Assembly (NCBI GenBank): GCA_934660865.1
Contig: CAKUIA010000006.1
Span: forward strand, 60,001-92,000
Reading direction: 5' to 3'
Origin: an uncultured Opitutales bacterium
GTDB taxonomy: Bacteria; Verrucomicrobiota; Verrucomicrobiia; Opitutales; Intestinicryptomonadaceae
Length of the DNA stretch: 32,000 nucleotides
The position numbers were made by a program, and so were the translations under genes. Below are positions 9,643-17,465 of this stretch, one piece after another; position 1 is the stretch's first letter, and every line of letters begins with the position of its first letter. The notes under the pieces are model-generated. The model had not been told where the DNA came from. It saw only the letters and a list, made by a program, of their open reading frames with translations, and did not search any database.

Positions 9643-10079
9643 TGAATACTTCCGACCGCTTTGATTGGAATTCCGAAACCTCGCAGGAGGCAAAGGAATT
9701 TGTGCTTCTTCCCGAAAATACGGTAGTCGACTTTACTGTTGTGGGCTTTGAGCGCGCCACGACCGCCAAGGGCGACAATATGGCAAAGCTCACCCTGAAA
9801 TGCCGCGCAGCAGACGGACAGGAAGCCACGCTTCGCGAAAACTTGGTGCTTTTGCGCCGTTGCGAATGGCGCATCAACCAGTTTTTTACCTGCGTCGGGC
9901 TTCGCAAACACGGCGAACGTTCCGTTCCCAAGTGGAATTTGGTAAACGGCAGTTCGGGCAAAGCTCGGCTTGGCGTTGAAAGCTGGGAAGGCAAAGACGG
10001 CAAGACCTACGAAGGCAACATCATCAAGGACTATCTCGAACCCGAAGATAAGCCCGCAGACGATGAGGACATTTTCTAA
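9642..10079 (+). CDS. DUF669-like protein (usual partner of AAA_24 in phages)
   Basis: 145 aa. Its start overlaps the previous stop (TAATG). Size, position and pattern (FVLLPENTVVDFTVVGFE...TAKGDNMAKLTLKC) fit DUF669 as I remember it. Confidence 0.65.
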   Translation: MNTSDRFDWNSETSQEAKEFVLLPENTVVDFTVVGFERATTAKGDNMAKLTLKCRAADGQEATLRENLVLLRRCEWRINQFFTCVGLRKHGERSVPKWNLVNGSSGKARLGVESWEGKDGKTYEGNIIKDYLEPEDKPADDEDIF

Positions 10080-10091
10080 GGAAGGCGCGTT

Positions 10092-10724
10092 ATGGAAATC
10101 GTATTCAATATCGAAACGGCGGGACTTCCCAAAGACGAAATCCTCCATCTTATGCCCGAATTTTCAGCTCCGAGTAATTACAAGGACGCGGAAAAAATAC
10201 AGACATACAAGGCGAAAAAGCAGGAGGAATGGTTCTTGGACGCTGCGGGTTCGGCTTTGTCAGGAAAGGTTCTTGCAATAGCACTGCAAGAGCCTTGCAA
10301 AGACGTTGCATTCTTTGCCGACAATACGGACGAAACGCAGGTTCTTCAAAAGTTTTGGGACTTCTACCGAAACCACTGCGACTGCCGTTTTGTCGGCTTC
10401 GGGTGCAATTCGTTCGACATTCCGTTTCTCGTGAGGCGTTCGTGGTTAAATCGCGTCGTAGTGCCCAATATATTCCGCGGAAGATTCCTGAACGGAAATT
10501 TCGTAGACCTTTTGCAGGTTTGGGGTTGCGGAACGTCGGAACGCGCAACTCTTGCTAATTTGGCAAAATTCTTCGGACTAAAATACGAAGCTGTCCAGAC
10601 TCCGTTCGAGGCTTTGTGGAGTATTAGCCGACAAGCCGCGTTGGACGCGATGAGACGCGATATTTTGGCAATCCGCCGCGTAGGCGAAATTATGGGCGTT
10701 GTAGCCGAGGAGGATTTCCAATGA
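10092..10724 (+). CDS. RNase H-fold 3'-5' exonuclease-like protein (PolB-exonuclease-related family)
   Basis: SD AAGGAAGG lies upstream. The N-terminus IVFNIETAGLP corresponds to the Exo I motif, but reads N-I-E instead of D-x-E. Later motif: CNSFDIPFL. Confidence 0.65.
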   Translation: MEIVFNIETAGLPKDEILHLMPEFSAPSNYKDAEKIQTYKAKKQEEWFLDAAGSALSGKVLAIALQEPCKDVAFFADNTDETQVLQKFWDFYRNHCDCRFVGFGCNSFDIPFLVRRSWLNRVVVPNIFRGRFLNGNFVDLLQVWGCGTSERATLANLAKFFGLKYEAVQTPFEALWSISRQAALDAMRRDILAIRRVGEIMGVVAEEDFQ

Positions 10725-11191
10725 AAGTTGTCGCAGGAATAGACTCGGGCGTAAACGGCGGAATTTGTGTGTTGTATCCCGACAAGGCGGCTTATACCGC
10801 CCCTGTCGGCAACATAACGGAACTTCGCGACATTTTGTCGGCGGCGAAAAAATACGCCGACGGGAAAGCCTACATTCTCGAATGTTTTGTCGAGGAAGTA
10901 ACGGGCTACATCGGCGGGAAACCGCAGCCTGCAAGCCGTTCGTTTGTCTTGGGCAAGTCATACGGTTCTATTTTGGGACTACTTGTCGGAATGGAAATTC
11001 CGTTCCGCACGGTGCGCCCGCAAAAGTGGCAACTGGGGATTTCGGGCATACGCGCCGTCGAATATACAGCAAGAAAACGCAGGTTGAAGGAAATCGCAAC
11101 CCAACGCTATCCGCACTTGAAACCTACGCTTAAAACGGCGGACGCAATTCTCATAGCCGACTACGGAAGGAGCGTCTGTCATGGAGCTTAG
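10721..11191 (+). CDS. RuvC-like Holliday junction resolvase
   Basis: ATGA overlap with the upstream gene. N-terminal VVAGIDSGVNGGICVL and C-terminal TADAILIADYG resemble RuvC/phage resolvase catalytic motifs. Confidence 0.7.
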   Translation: MKVVAGIDSGVNGGICVLYPDKAAYTAPVGNITELRDILSAAKKYADGKAYILECFVEEVTGYIGGKPQPASRSFVLGKSYGSILGLLVGMEIPFRTVRPQKWQLGISGIRAVEYTARKRRLKEIATQRYPHLKPTLKTADAILIADYGRSVCHGA

Positions 11192-12716
11192 ACCCTACCA
11201 ACAAAAGGCGGTAGACGCTGTTTTCAATTCGTGGCGCGAGTTTTCCAAAACGCTGCTTGTTTTGCCGACGGGCACGGGTAAAACCGTCGTTTTCTCGAAA
11301 GTAGCAGAACGCGCGCTAAACGAGGGCGACGGGAAAATTCTTGTGCTCGCCCACCGCGAGGAATTGCTCACACAGGCGCGGGATAAAATCTACGCCGCGA
11401 CAAATCTTCCCTGCGCGTTTGAGAAAGCGGGCGAATCGTCGCTTGATTCGCTTGCGCCCATTACCTGCGCCTCGGTTCAAACGCTGATGCGCAAACCGCG
11501 CCTTAGCAGATTTTCTCCGCGACACTACGATACGATAATAGTGGACGAAGCCCACCACGCACTGAGCGATTCATATCAAAATATCTTGGGGTATTTTTCG
11601 TCCGCCCGCGTTCTGGGAGTTACGGCGACGCCCGATCGCGGAGACAAGCGCAACCTCGGAGCGTATTTTCAGGACATCGCCTTTGAATACTCGATAAGGG
11701 ACGCAATAAAGGAAAATTATCTCTCGAAGATTCTTGTAAAGACAGTTCCGCTTAAAATCTCGCTCGACGGCGTAAAGACTACGGCGGGCGACTTTTCAGC
11801 CGACGACTTGGGTTCTGCGATAGACCCGTATTTGGAGGAAATCGCAAAGCACATTCCCAAAGACCGCAAGACGTTGATATTTTTGCCACTTATTGCGACG
11901 TCTAAGCGTATGGCTCAGATTCTGCAATCTCTCGGGCACAAAGCCGAACATATCGACGGAACTTCGCCCGACAGGCGCGAAATTCTCGAACGTCTGCACA
12001 AGGGCGAATGCCGCGTTTTGTGCAATTCGATGCTGTTAACCGAAGGCTTCGACGAACCGAGCATAGACTGCATTGTCTGTCTGCGCCCGACAAAAATACG
12101 CTCTCTTTACGCCCAGATTGTCGGGCGCGGAACGCGCATTTGCGAAGGCAAAGACAACCTTCTTATCCTCGATTTTCTTTGGCAGACGACGCAACACGAC
12201 CTCTGCCACGCCTCTCATCTGATTGCCGAGAAGCGGGAAATCGCCGACAAGATGACCGAAATTGCCAACTTCGGCGGAACTTTCGACTTGGAAGAGCTTG
12301 AAGCCGACGCGAAAGACTCCGCGCGGCAGGAGCGCGAAGCGAGCCTTGTTTCGGCAATCAACGCCAACGTCAACAAAAAGTCGCGTCTAATCGACCCCAT
12401 CGAATACGCGCTTTCGATTCACGACGACGCGTTGGAGGATTATTCGCCGACCTTTGCTTGGGAGCGCGAAAAGCCGACCCAAAAGCAAATAGCCGTGCTT
12501 TCAAAGATGAAGTTCGACCCGAAAACAATCACGTCGCGCGGATACGCCGCAATGCTTCTAAACAAAATCATAGCCCGACGCGCGGCAAAACTTGCAACGC
12601 CAAGCCAGATAAAAACGCTCGAAAAATACGGCTATAACAACGTTCAGGAATATTCTTTCGAACAGGCTTCGAAGTGCATTTCGCAAATAGCAAACAACGG
12701 TTGGAGGCGCATATAA
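11181..12716 (+). CDS. Superfamily-2 DEAH-box helicase
   Basis: Motifs: Walker A LVLPTGTGKT, IIVDEAHHAL, GVTATPDR, and motif VI QIVGRGTR. SD GGAAGGAG lies upstream. Confidence 0.9.
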   Translation: MELRPYQQKAVDAVFNSWREFSKTLLVLPTGTGKTVVFSKVAERALNEGDGKILVLAHREELLTQARDKIYAATNLPCAFEKAGESSLDSLAPITCASVQTLMRKPRLSRFSPRHYDTIIVDEAHHALSDSYQNILGYFSSARVLGVTATPDRGDKRNLGAYFQDIAFEYSIRDAIKENYLSKILVKTVPLKISLDGVKTTAGDFSADDLGSAIDPYLEEIAKHIPKDRKTLIFLPLIATSKRMAQILQSLGHKAEHIDGTSPDRREILERLHKGECRVLCNSMLLTEGFDEPSIDCIVCLRPTKIRSLYAQIVGRGTRICEGKDNLLILDFLWQTTQHDLCHASHLIAEKREIADKMTEIANFGGTFDLEELEADAKDSARQEREASLVSAINANVNKKSRLIDPIEYALSIHDDALEDYSPTFAWEREKPTQKQIAVLSKMKFDPKTITSRGYAAMLLNKIIARRAAKLATPSQIKTLEKYGYNNVQEYSFEQASKCISQIANNGWRRI

Positions 12717-14707
12717 TGGACGACATAAAACGAATATTGGATTCGCTTTCTCAGTCGCGCGTAGACGACTACAAAACGTGGCTCGAAGTCGGAATGGCTT
12801 TGCACGCCTCGGGCGAAAGTTGCGCCCTTTGGGAAAATTGGAGCAGGAAATCTGCGAAATTCCGCGAGGGAGAATGCCAAAAACGTTGGACGACTTTCGG
12901 GAATTATGCGGGTGCGCCAATCACCATTGCAAGTGTCGCAAAAATGGCCATCGACGACGGCTACAAACCCTCCGAGGGCTTCGGTTGGGACGACCCTATC
13001 GGACACTCGCAAACGCGGAAATCCCCGAATGCGGAGCTTAAAGAATACTTGTCGGCTCTTTTCAAATCGGGCGATATTGTAAACTTTGTCGTAAGTTCCT
13101 TCGAAAAGGACGGCAAGTTTCTGCCCTGCGGCAAGGGCGTAAACAAGCCGTTTGACGAGCTTATAAAAGCCTGCGACACTTACGACGACTTGGGCTTTAT
13201 CCTCGGCGATTGGAATACCAAGGCGGGAGCTTGGGCGCGCATAAACCCGATGTCGGGCGAAGGGTGCAAAAATTCCGATGTGGCGGAATTTCGCCACTGT
13301 CTGATTGAGTCCGACACTTTGCCCAAAAGCGAACAGCTGAGGAAAATAAGGGAACTTAACCTGCCGTGTTCGGCTATTGTCGATTCGGGAGGAAAGAGCG
13401 TCCACGCCATTGTCAAAATCGACGCGGGAAAAGACGAAAAGCTCTACCGCGAGCGGGTTGGCGAACTCCACGCGTTTCTCGAAAAGCACGGCTTTCCCGT
13501 CGATACTGCTTGCAAGAATCCGAGCCGACTTTCGCGGATTGCCGCCGTAACAAGAAACGGCAACCGGCAAAGGCTGATTGCGACAAACGTCGGCGCAAAG
13601 TCGTTCGCCGATTGGCAAAAGGCGTTGAACGTTCCCAAATACACGATTGTTCCAGCCGGCGAGTTGCGCGCTATTGACCCGAACGATATGTCGGACAACA
13701 TTCTCGGAAATCGCTTTCTTTGCAGGAACGGCTCGTGGCTGATTGTCGCGCAGTCGGGCATCGGCAAGTCTGTTATGGCAATGCAAATGGCGTTGCATTT
13801 TGCGGTAGGCAAAAGCGTCTTCGGCATTCCCGTTCAAAAGCCCTCAAAGGTTTTGTTCATTCAGGCGGAGAATAATTCGATAGACTTGTCGAGGCCGTTC
13901 CATTCGGTCATCAAAAAGGCGGATTTTTCGCCCTATGAAAACTCCCTAATCGACAAAAATCTGAACTTCATTTCGGAGGAAAGTTCGAGCGGCGACAAGT
14001 TCTTGGATTTGTTCGACGACGCCTGTGGGCGTTTGCGCCCCGACATTGTGTTTATCGACCCACTGCTTTCATATATCGGCGGAGACATCAGCAGGCAGGA
14101 GGTTTGTTCGGAATTTTTGCGAAACAAGCTAAATCCCCTGATATGCAAATACTCGGTCGGCGTCGTTATTATCCACCACACGGGAAAGCCGCCCAAAGAC
14201 GTTAAAGCCACTGGCAAGGGCTCGAGCCTGTCGTATCTTGGCATCGGTTCTTCCGAGCTTACCAACTGGGCGCGCGCGGTCTCGGTAATTCAGGAAAACC
14301 GCGAAGACGAAAGTGTATACGAATTCGTCCACACAAAGCGCGGGCTGTTGTCGGGCACAAAGACAACGACCTTTCTAAGGCACGCAACCGACGGCGTTTT
14401 CTGGGAGGAATGCCAAGCTCCCGCAAAAACCGTAAAGACGCAGAAAGGCGATTCCCGCCGTCCGTCGAAATACGATTTTATGAAATTGGAGACTCTTGCG
14501 CCTACGAGTAAGGAGGAATTGTTGGATTTCATCGCCCGCGAGCTGGCCAGCCACGCAATGCCCTGCGACTCGGCGAACGTCGCCAAGGTGGTGAATCTGG
14601 CAAAACGCGCAATGATAGTTTTCGACGAATCTACCAACAAATGGCAAGGCAGGCTTTATATTCCTGCAAATACAAATGATACAACTTTGAAAGGAGACAT
14701 ACAATGA
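12716..14707 (+). CDS. Primase-helicase: PriCT-2-like N-terminus, AEP-like primase core, RepA/DnaB-like (AAA_25) ATPase
   Basis: The preferred start, ATG 12716, overlaps the helicase stop (TAATG). Motifs: VDDYKTWLEVGMALH (PriCT-2-like), CLIESD ... DSGGKSVHAIV (AEP-like), Walker A AQSGIGKS, and Walker B DIVFIDPLLSY. Confidence 0.85.
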   Translation: MDDIKRILDSLSQSRVDDYKTWLEVGMALHASGESCALWENWSRKSAKFREGECQKRWTTFGNYAGAPITIASVAKMAIDDGYKPSEGFGWDDPIGHSQTRKSPNAELKEYLSALFKSGDIVNFVVSSFEKDGKFLPCGKGVNKPFDELIKACDTYDDLGFILGDWNTKAGAWARINPMSGEGCKNSDVAEFRHCLIESDTLPKSEQLRKIRELNLPCSAIVDSGGKSVHAIVKIDAGKDEKLYRERVGELHAFLEKHGFPVDTACKNPSRLSRIAAVTRNGNRQRLIATNVGAKSFADWQKALNVPKYTIVPAGELRAIDPNDMSDNILGNRFLCRNGSWLIVAQSGIGKSVMAMQMALHFAVGKSVFGIPVQKPSKVLFIQAENNSIDLSRPFHSVIKKADFSPYENSLIDKNLNFISEESSSGDKFLDLFDDACGRLRPDIVFIDPLLSYIGGDISRQEVCSEFLRNKLNPLICKYSVGVVIIHHTGKPPKDVKATGKGSSLSYLGIGSSELTNWARAVSVIQENREDESVYEFVHTKRGLLSGTKTTTFLRHATDGVFWEECQAPAKTVKTQKGDSRRPSKYDFMKLETLAPTSKEELLDFIARELASHAMPCDSANVAKVVNLAKRAMIVFDESTNKWQGRLYIPANTNDTTLKGDIQ

Positions 14708-14733
14708 TTACAATTTTCTCGGAATATCCCGAC

Positions 14734-14945
14734 GGTGAACGCGGTGAATTTAACAAAAAACCGTTCACCTTCACTGGTGAATGTGAATCTGTGAATCGCG
14801 GTTATTCACTTTCACCAACCCGCCACCCTGACAGTGAACTGGTGAAAGTGAACGTTATATATATCTTTAGATATATACGTTCTCGTTCACCATTCACCAG
14901 AGGTGGCGGGCGCGACTCGGAGTCATTTTCACCCCGCCGTTCACA
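14734..14945. repeat. Iteron array (16 GTGAA/TTCAC cores) around an AT-rich imperfect palindrome; candidate phage replication origin
   Basis: GTGAA starts at 14735, 14744, 14778, 14784, 14792, 14835, 14843 and 14849. TTCAC starts at 14765, 14770, 14805, 14811, 14886, 14893, 14928 and 14940. The AT-rich centre GAACGTTATATATATCTTTAGATATATACGTTC lies at ~14851-14883. It is flanked by the inverted pair CCCGCCACC (14819-14827) / GGTGGCGGG (14902-14910). Confidence 0.6.
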
Positions 14946-14966
14946 CTACCCGAAAGGAGGCGCGCG

Positions 14967-15488
14967 ATGAGCCGCTACGAAGAGCAATATCGCGCGTGGG
15001 TTGACAGCCTTTCGGACAAGCAACGCGCCAAGCTTAAAGCCAAGGGTTTGGACAAACCGCTCGACGACTTCAAACTGAACACGCCCGACTCGGACATAGT
15101 CTTTGCCAAAATGGGCGAAGAGTTCGACTACGACCAATTCGACGAGCGCGAAGCCTATGCCGAAATTGAAACTCTCGTCGAAGAGCGGGCGAAAGCCTAC
15201 GGGGCGCAGTTGCTTTCGTGGGTGTTTGCCAGACTACAAGCCCACAAGACTGCGCGAAGTGCCAGTATCGACCGCGACGCGCTTGTATTTGCGCTTGGTA
15301 TGGCGAGCCTCGAAGGCAGAACCGAAACCGCCATCGCCGCGCAATACGGCATTACGAAAGCGGCGTTTTCGGTTCGCGTAAAATCGTGGCAAAAGCTTTT
15401 GGGATTGTCGCCGTCGTCGTTTATGCGTAGCGAGAAAGCGTGTCGGGCATACCGCAATGCGCGGCTGAAAAATTTGACACGCCGCTAA
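14967..15488 (+). CDS. HTH protein resembling sigma-70 region 4 (putative phage transcription regulator)
   Basis: SD AAAGGAGG lies 6 nt upstream. Candidate HTH: GRTETAIAAQYGITKAAFSVRVKSWQKLLGL. Confidence 0.6.
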   Translation: MSRYEEQYRAWVDSLSDKQRAKLKAKGLDKPLDDFKLNTPDSDIVFAKMGEEFDYDQFDEREAYAEIETLVEERAKAYGAQLLSWVFARLQAHKTARSASIDRDALVFALGMASLEGRTETAIAAQYGITKAAFSVRVKSWQKLLGLSPSSFMRSEKACRAYRNARLKNLTRR

Positions 15489-15495
15489 TGGTATG
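15468..15495 (+). repeat. Junction motif copy: AAAAATTTGACA-N13-ATG (DUF3102 gene)
   Basis: TTGACA at 15474-15479, ATG at 15493. No SD. Confidence 0.4.
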
Positions 15496-16089
15496 CAGAC
15501 GCAACTTTCAATCGCTTCAAAAATCAACGAACTTTATACGCAAGCCGAGCAGTTCTCGAAACAGGCAAAGGATACAGCCTCGCAGGCAATATCCCTTGCC
15601 GTCGAGTGCGGCAGGCTTTTGAACGACCAAAAGAAAGCCGTCGGACACGGCGCGTGGCTTGGTTGGCTTAAAGAAAATTGCCCGAATATTTCCGAGAGAA
15701 CCGCGCAAAAGTATATGCGCCTTTCCCGCAAGGTCTGCGAGCTTGAAGACTCTTCAAAAACGAATACGGATTCGGATTTGCCGACTACATCTTCCGAAAA
15801 CGTTTCAAAGCTCCTCGACGGTTCGCCCAAGACTTTAACGCAAGCCTACATTGCGGCGGGGGTAATTCCAGAGCCGAAAAAGAATGAAGTAAACGCGGGT
15901 GTATCCGAGGCTACAATCACGTTTACGCGACATATCGACGCCCTTGTTCTTTGGTATAAAAAGCGCACCGAACACGACCCGATTGAAAATTGGCAGCCGA
16001 ATGTTCGCGGGCTTCTGATAAACGAACTCCGTCCGTGGGTGGAAATCTACAACGAACTTCTCGACCTACAAAACGGTGTTGACGAATAA
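15493..16089 (+). CDS. DUF3102-like protein
   Basis: The motif ECGRLLNDQKKAVGHGAWLGWLKENCPNISERTAQKYMRLS matches the DUF3102 pattern as I recall it (HG-W..WL ... S-RTAQ-YM). No SD; preceded by the TTGACA-N13 junction motif. Confidence 0.65.
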   Translation: MQTQLSIASKINELYTQAEQFSKQAKDTASQAISLAVECGRLLNDQKKAVGHGAWLGWLKENCPNISERTAQKYMRLSRKVCELEDSSKTNTDSDLPTTSSENVSKLLDGSPKTLTQAYIAAGVIPEPKKNEVNAGVSEATITFTRHIDALVLWYKKRTEHDPIENWQPNVRGLLINELRPWVEIYNELLDLQNGVDE

Positions 16090-16095
16090 TGCTTT

Positions 16096-16166
16096 TGCAG
16101 GGTGGTCTAACGGTAGGACATCGGGCTCATAACCCGAGGATTGGCGGTTCGATTCCGCCCCCTGCA
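16096..16166 (+). tRNA. Phage-encoded tRNA-Met (anticodon CAT) with initiator-like anticodon stem; no encoded CCA
   Basis: Hand-folded. Acceptor TGCAGGG/CCCTGCA (U1:A72). D-arm GTCT-AACGGTA-GGAC. Anticodon arm TCGGG-CTCATAA-CCCGA, with three consecutive G:C pairs as in tRNA-fMet. T-arm GGCGG-TTCGATT-CCGCC. Confidence 0.9.
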
Positions 16167-16170
16167 TTTT

Positions 16171-16608
16171 CTATTCTTCAATATATTTTCTTTTTCTTAA
16201 TTCATTAAATTCTAACTCAGTCCATGGTTTAACATAGAGCGATTTAATGTAGTTTGAATTTGTGTTACTTTCGAGATTATCAATAGCTTTAATAGAAATA
16301 TTCCACCCAATCGCAATATTTGCAGTGAGTGGAATCAATTTACCAGAGGCTAATTCCAGCGAAAAACGACCGATTTTAATTTTAGCTCCTTTTAATAATT
16401 TTTTAGAAAAGGTTGGGTCTATTTTGTTTAAAATATCAGAAATATCTGTTCCATCGAAATTTTTTTTGCTAGGGACTAAAAGTAGAATTTCTGCGATTTC
16501 TTCCCCTGGATTGTCTTCTTCAATCTTTTTTAGAATCTGTAACAAGTCGGTATAATTACCAGTACCAAAAGAACCATCACCTTTAAAAACAAATTTATTT
16601 ATAATCAT
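16171..16608 (-). CDS. Hypothetical protein (145 aa), AT-rich antisense insert (moron)
   Basis: ORF with SD AAAGGAA and its own strong promoter. It has low GC, lies opposite to the phage operons, and sits directly after the phage tRNA. No recognisable domain. Confidence 0.65.
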   Translation of the reverse strand: MIINKFVFKGDGSFGTGNYTDLLQILKKIEEDNPGEEIAEILLLVPSKKNFDGTDISDILNKIDPTFSKKLLKGAKIKIGRFSLELASGKLIPLTANIAIGWNISIKAIDNLESNTNSNYIKSLYVKPWTELEFNELRKRKYIEE

Positions 16609-16632
16609 ATAGTATTCCTTTCAATGTTTACA

Positions 16633-16662
16633 ATTGTAAAAAAGAAATCTATTATTTGTCAA
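16633..16662 (-). promoter_or_regulatory. sigma70-type promoter TTGACA-N18-TACAAT for 16171-16608, with a 14-bp perfect palindrome over the -10
   Basis: The minus strand reads TTGACA (16662-16657), an 18-nt spacer, then TACAAT (16638-16633). The palindrome TTTACAATTGTAAA (16627-16640) overlaps the -10 and could be an operator. Confidence 0.55.
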
Positions 16663-16719
16663 TAACATATAGCAGGGACGTTCGGCAGACCGCTTTCTTC
16701 TTACGACAGGTATTTTTTG

Positions 16720-16833
16720 AATTTCCCACTTTTTTTGAAATGGCAGGCTCGCAAGTGCCGTAAAATCGGTGTTTGCGGGCTTTTTTTATTGCGGGAAATC
16801 GGTGGGAAATCGGCAAAATATTTCCCACTTTTG
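16720..16833. repeat. Short repeats upstream of terS (candidate cosB/terS-binding sites)
   Basis: AATTTCCCACTTTT occurs at 16720-16733, and ATTTCCCACTTTT at 16820-16832. Tandem GGGAAATCGG occurs at 16793-16802 and 16804-16813. A related AAAATCGGTG lies at 16762-16771. GTGGGAAA is the reverse complement of TTTCCCAC. Confidence 0.4.
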
Positions 16834-16853
16834 ACAGTTTTCTTTCCTATATG
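16829..16853 (+). repeat. Junction motif copy: TTTTGACA-N14-ATG (terS)
   Basis: TTGACA at 16831-16836, ATG at 16851. No SD. Confidence 0.4.
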
Positions 16854-17465
16854 GACGAAAACATTAAAAACAGGATTCTTGAAGCCAATCTTCAAAATAT
16901 CGCAAAGAAAGTTGCCGCAGGGAAAACTCTCACAAGTTCGGAACGCGCGCTTATCGAAGTGCAAAACGGAGAATCCGAAATTAGCAAAACGTACGCCGAA
17001 TCCATCGTTGAACTTGCGGAGATTCTCGGCGTTTCGCGTAGAACTATCGGTAATTGGCGCAAAATCAAGGGCTCGCCCAAACCTACCGCGAACGGCAAAC
17101 ACAACATTTCCAAATGGCGGCAGTTCATCAAGAAGAACGGATTGAAAGAAGCTGATACCCCAGAAGACGAGGTTTTAAAGTCTCGCAAACTGCTTGCGGA
17201 AGTAAAACAGGCGGAAATAAAGCTGAAAGTGATGGAAGGCACTTATGTGCCGATTGAGAAAGTCCGCGAGGTTTGGACAATGCACATCGGGCAAATCAGG
17301 AACATTCTCGAGAGCCGATTTTTAAACGAACTTCCGCCGATACTTACCACACTCGACGCAATCCAGATTCGCGAGAAAATGCAGGAAGTTTTGGACGAGA
17401 CGTATTCCGCGCTTTCCGTCGCGGCAGAATCAATCAAAGAGCCTGTCGATATTGAAGAATCTTAA
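16851..17465 (+). CDS. Terminase small subunit, lambda Nu1-like architecture (N-terminal HTH plus coiled coil)
   Basis: I prefer ATG 16851 (MDENIKNR...). HTH: IVELAEILGVSRRTIGNWRKIKGSP. Then KWRQFIKKNGL, and a helical segment SRKLLAEVKQAEIKLKVMEGTYVPIEKV...ILESRFLNELPPIL that parallels Nu1 as I recall it. The call rests on motifs and architecture only. Confidence 0.55.
   Translation: MDENIKNRILEANLQNIAKKVAAGKTLTSSERALIEVQNGESEISKTYAESIVELAEILGVSRRTIGNWRKIKGSPKPTANGKHNISKWRQFIKKNGLKEADTPEDEVLKSRKLLAEVKQAEIKLKVMEGTYVPIEKVREVWTMHIGQIRNILESRFLNELPPILTTLDAIQIREKMQEVLDETYSALSVAAESIKEPVDIEES

Noticed and set aside
9410-10148. Minus-strand ORFs 9410-10003 and 9615-10148
   Set aside because: They are antisense to the AAA_24/DUF669 genes and have no motifs or SDs.
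12644-13837. Minus-strand 397-aa ORF
   Set aside because: It is antisense to the primase-helicase gene, which has clear PriCT-2, AEP and Walker motifs. The ORF is Arg/Phe-rich shadow sequence.
14734-14945. Possible CRISPR array
   Set aside because: The repeat units are only 5-7 bp, occur in both orientations, and have irregular 1-30 bp spacing. There are no 25-40 bp direct repeats with unique spacers, and no cas genes.
14704-14970. 88-aa plus-strand ORF covering the iteron array
   Set aside because: It has ATGA overlaps at both ends, which argues for translation. However, its sequence (GERGEF..FTFTGECESVNRG..) is dictated by the GTGAA/TTCAC repeats and is low-complexity. I treat it as doubtful rather than calling it a CDS.
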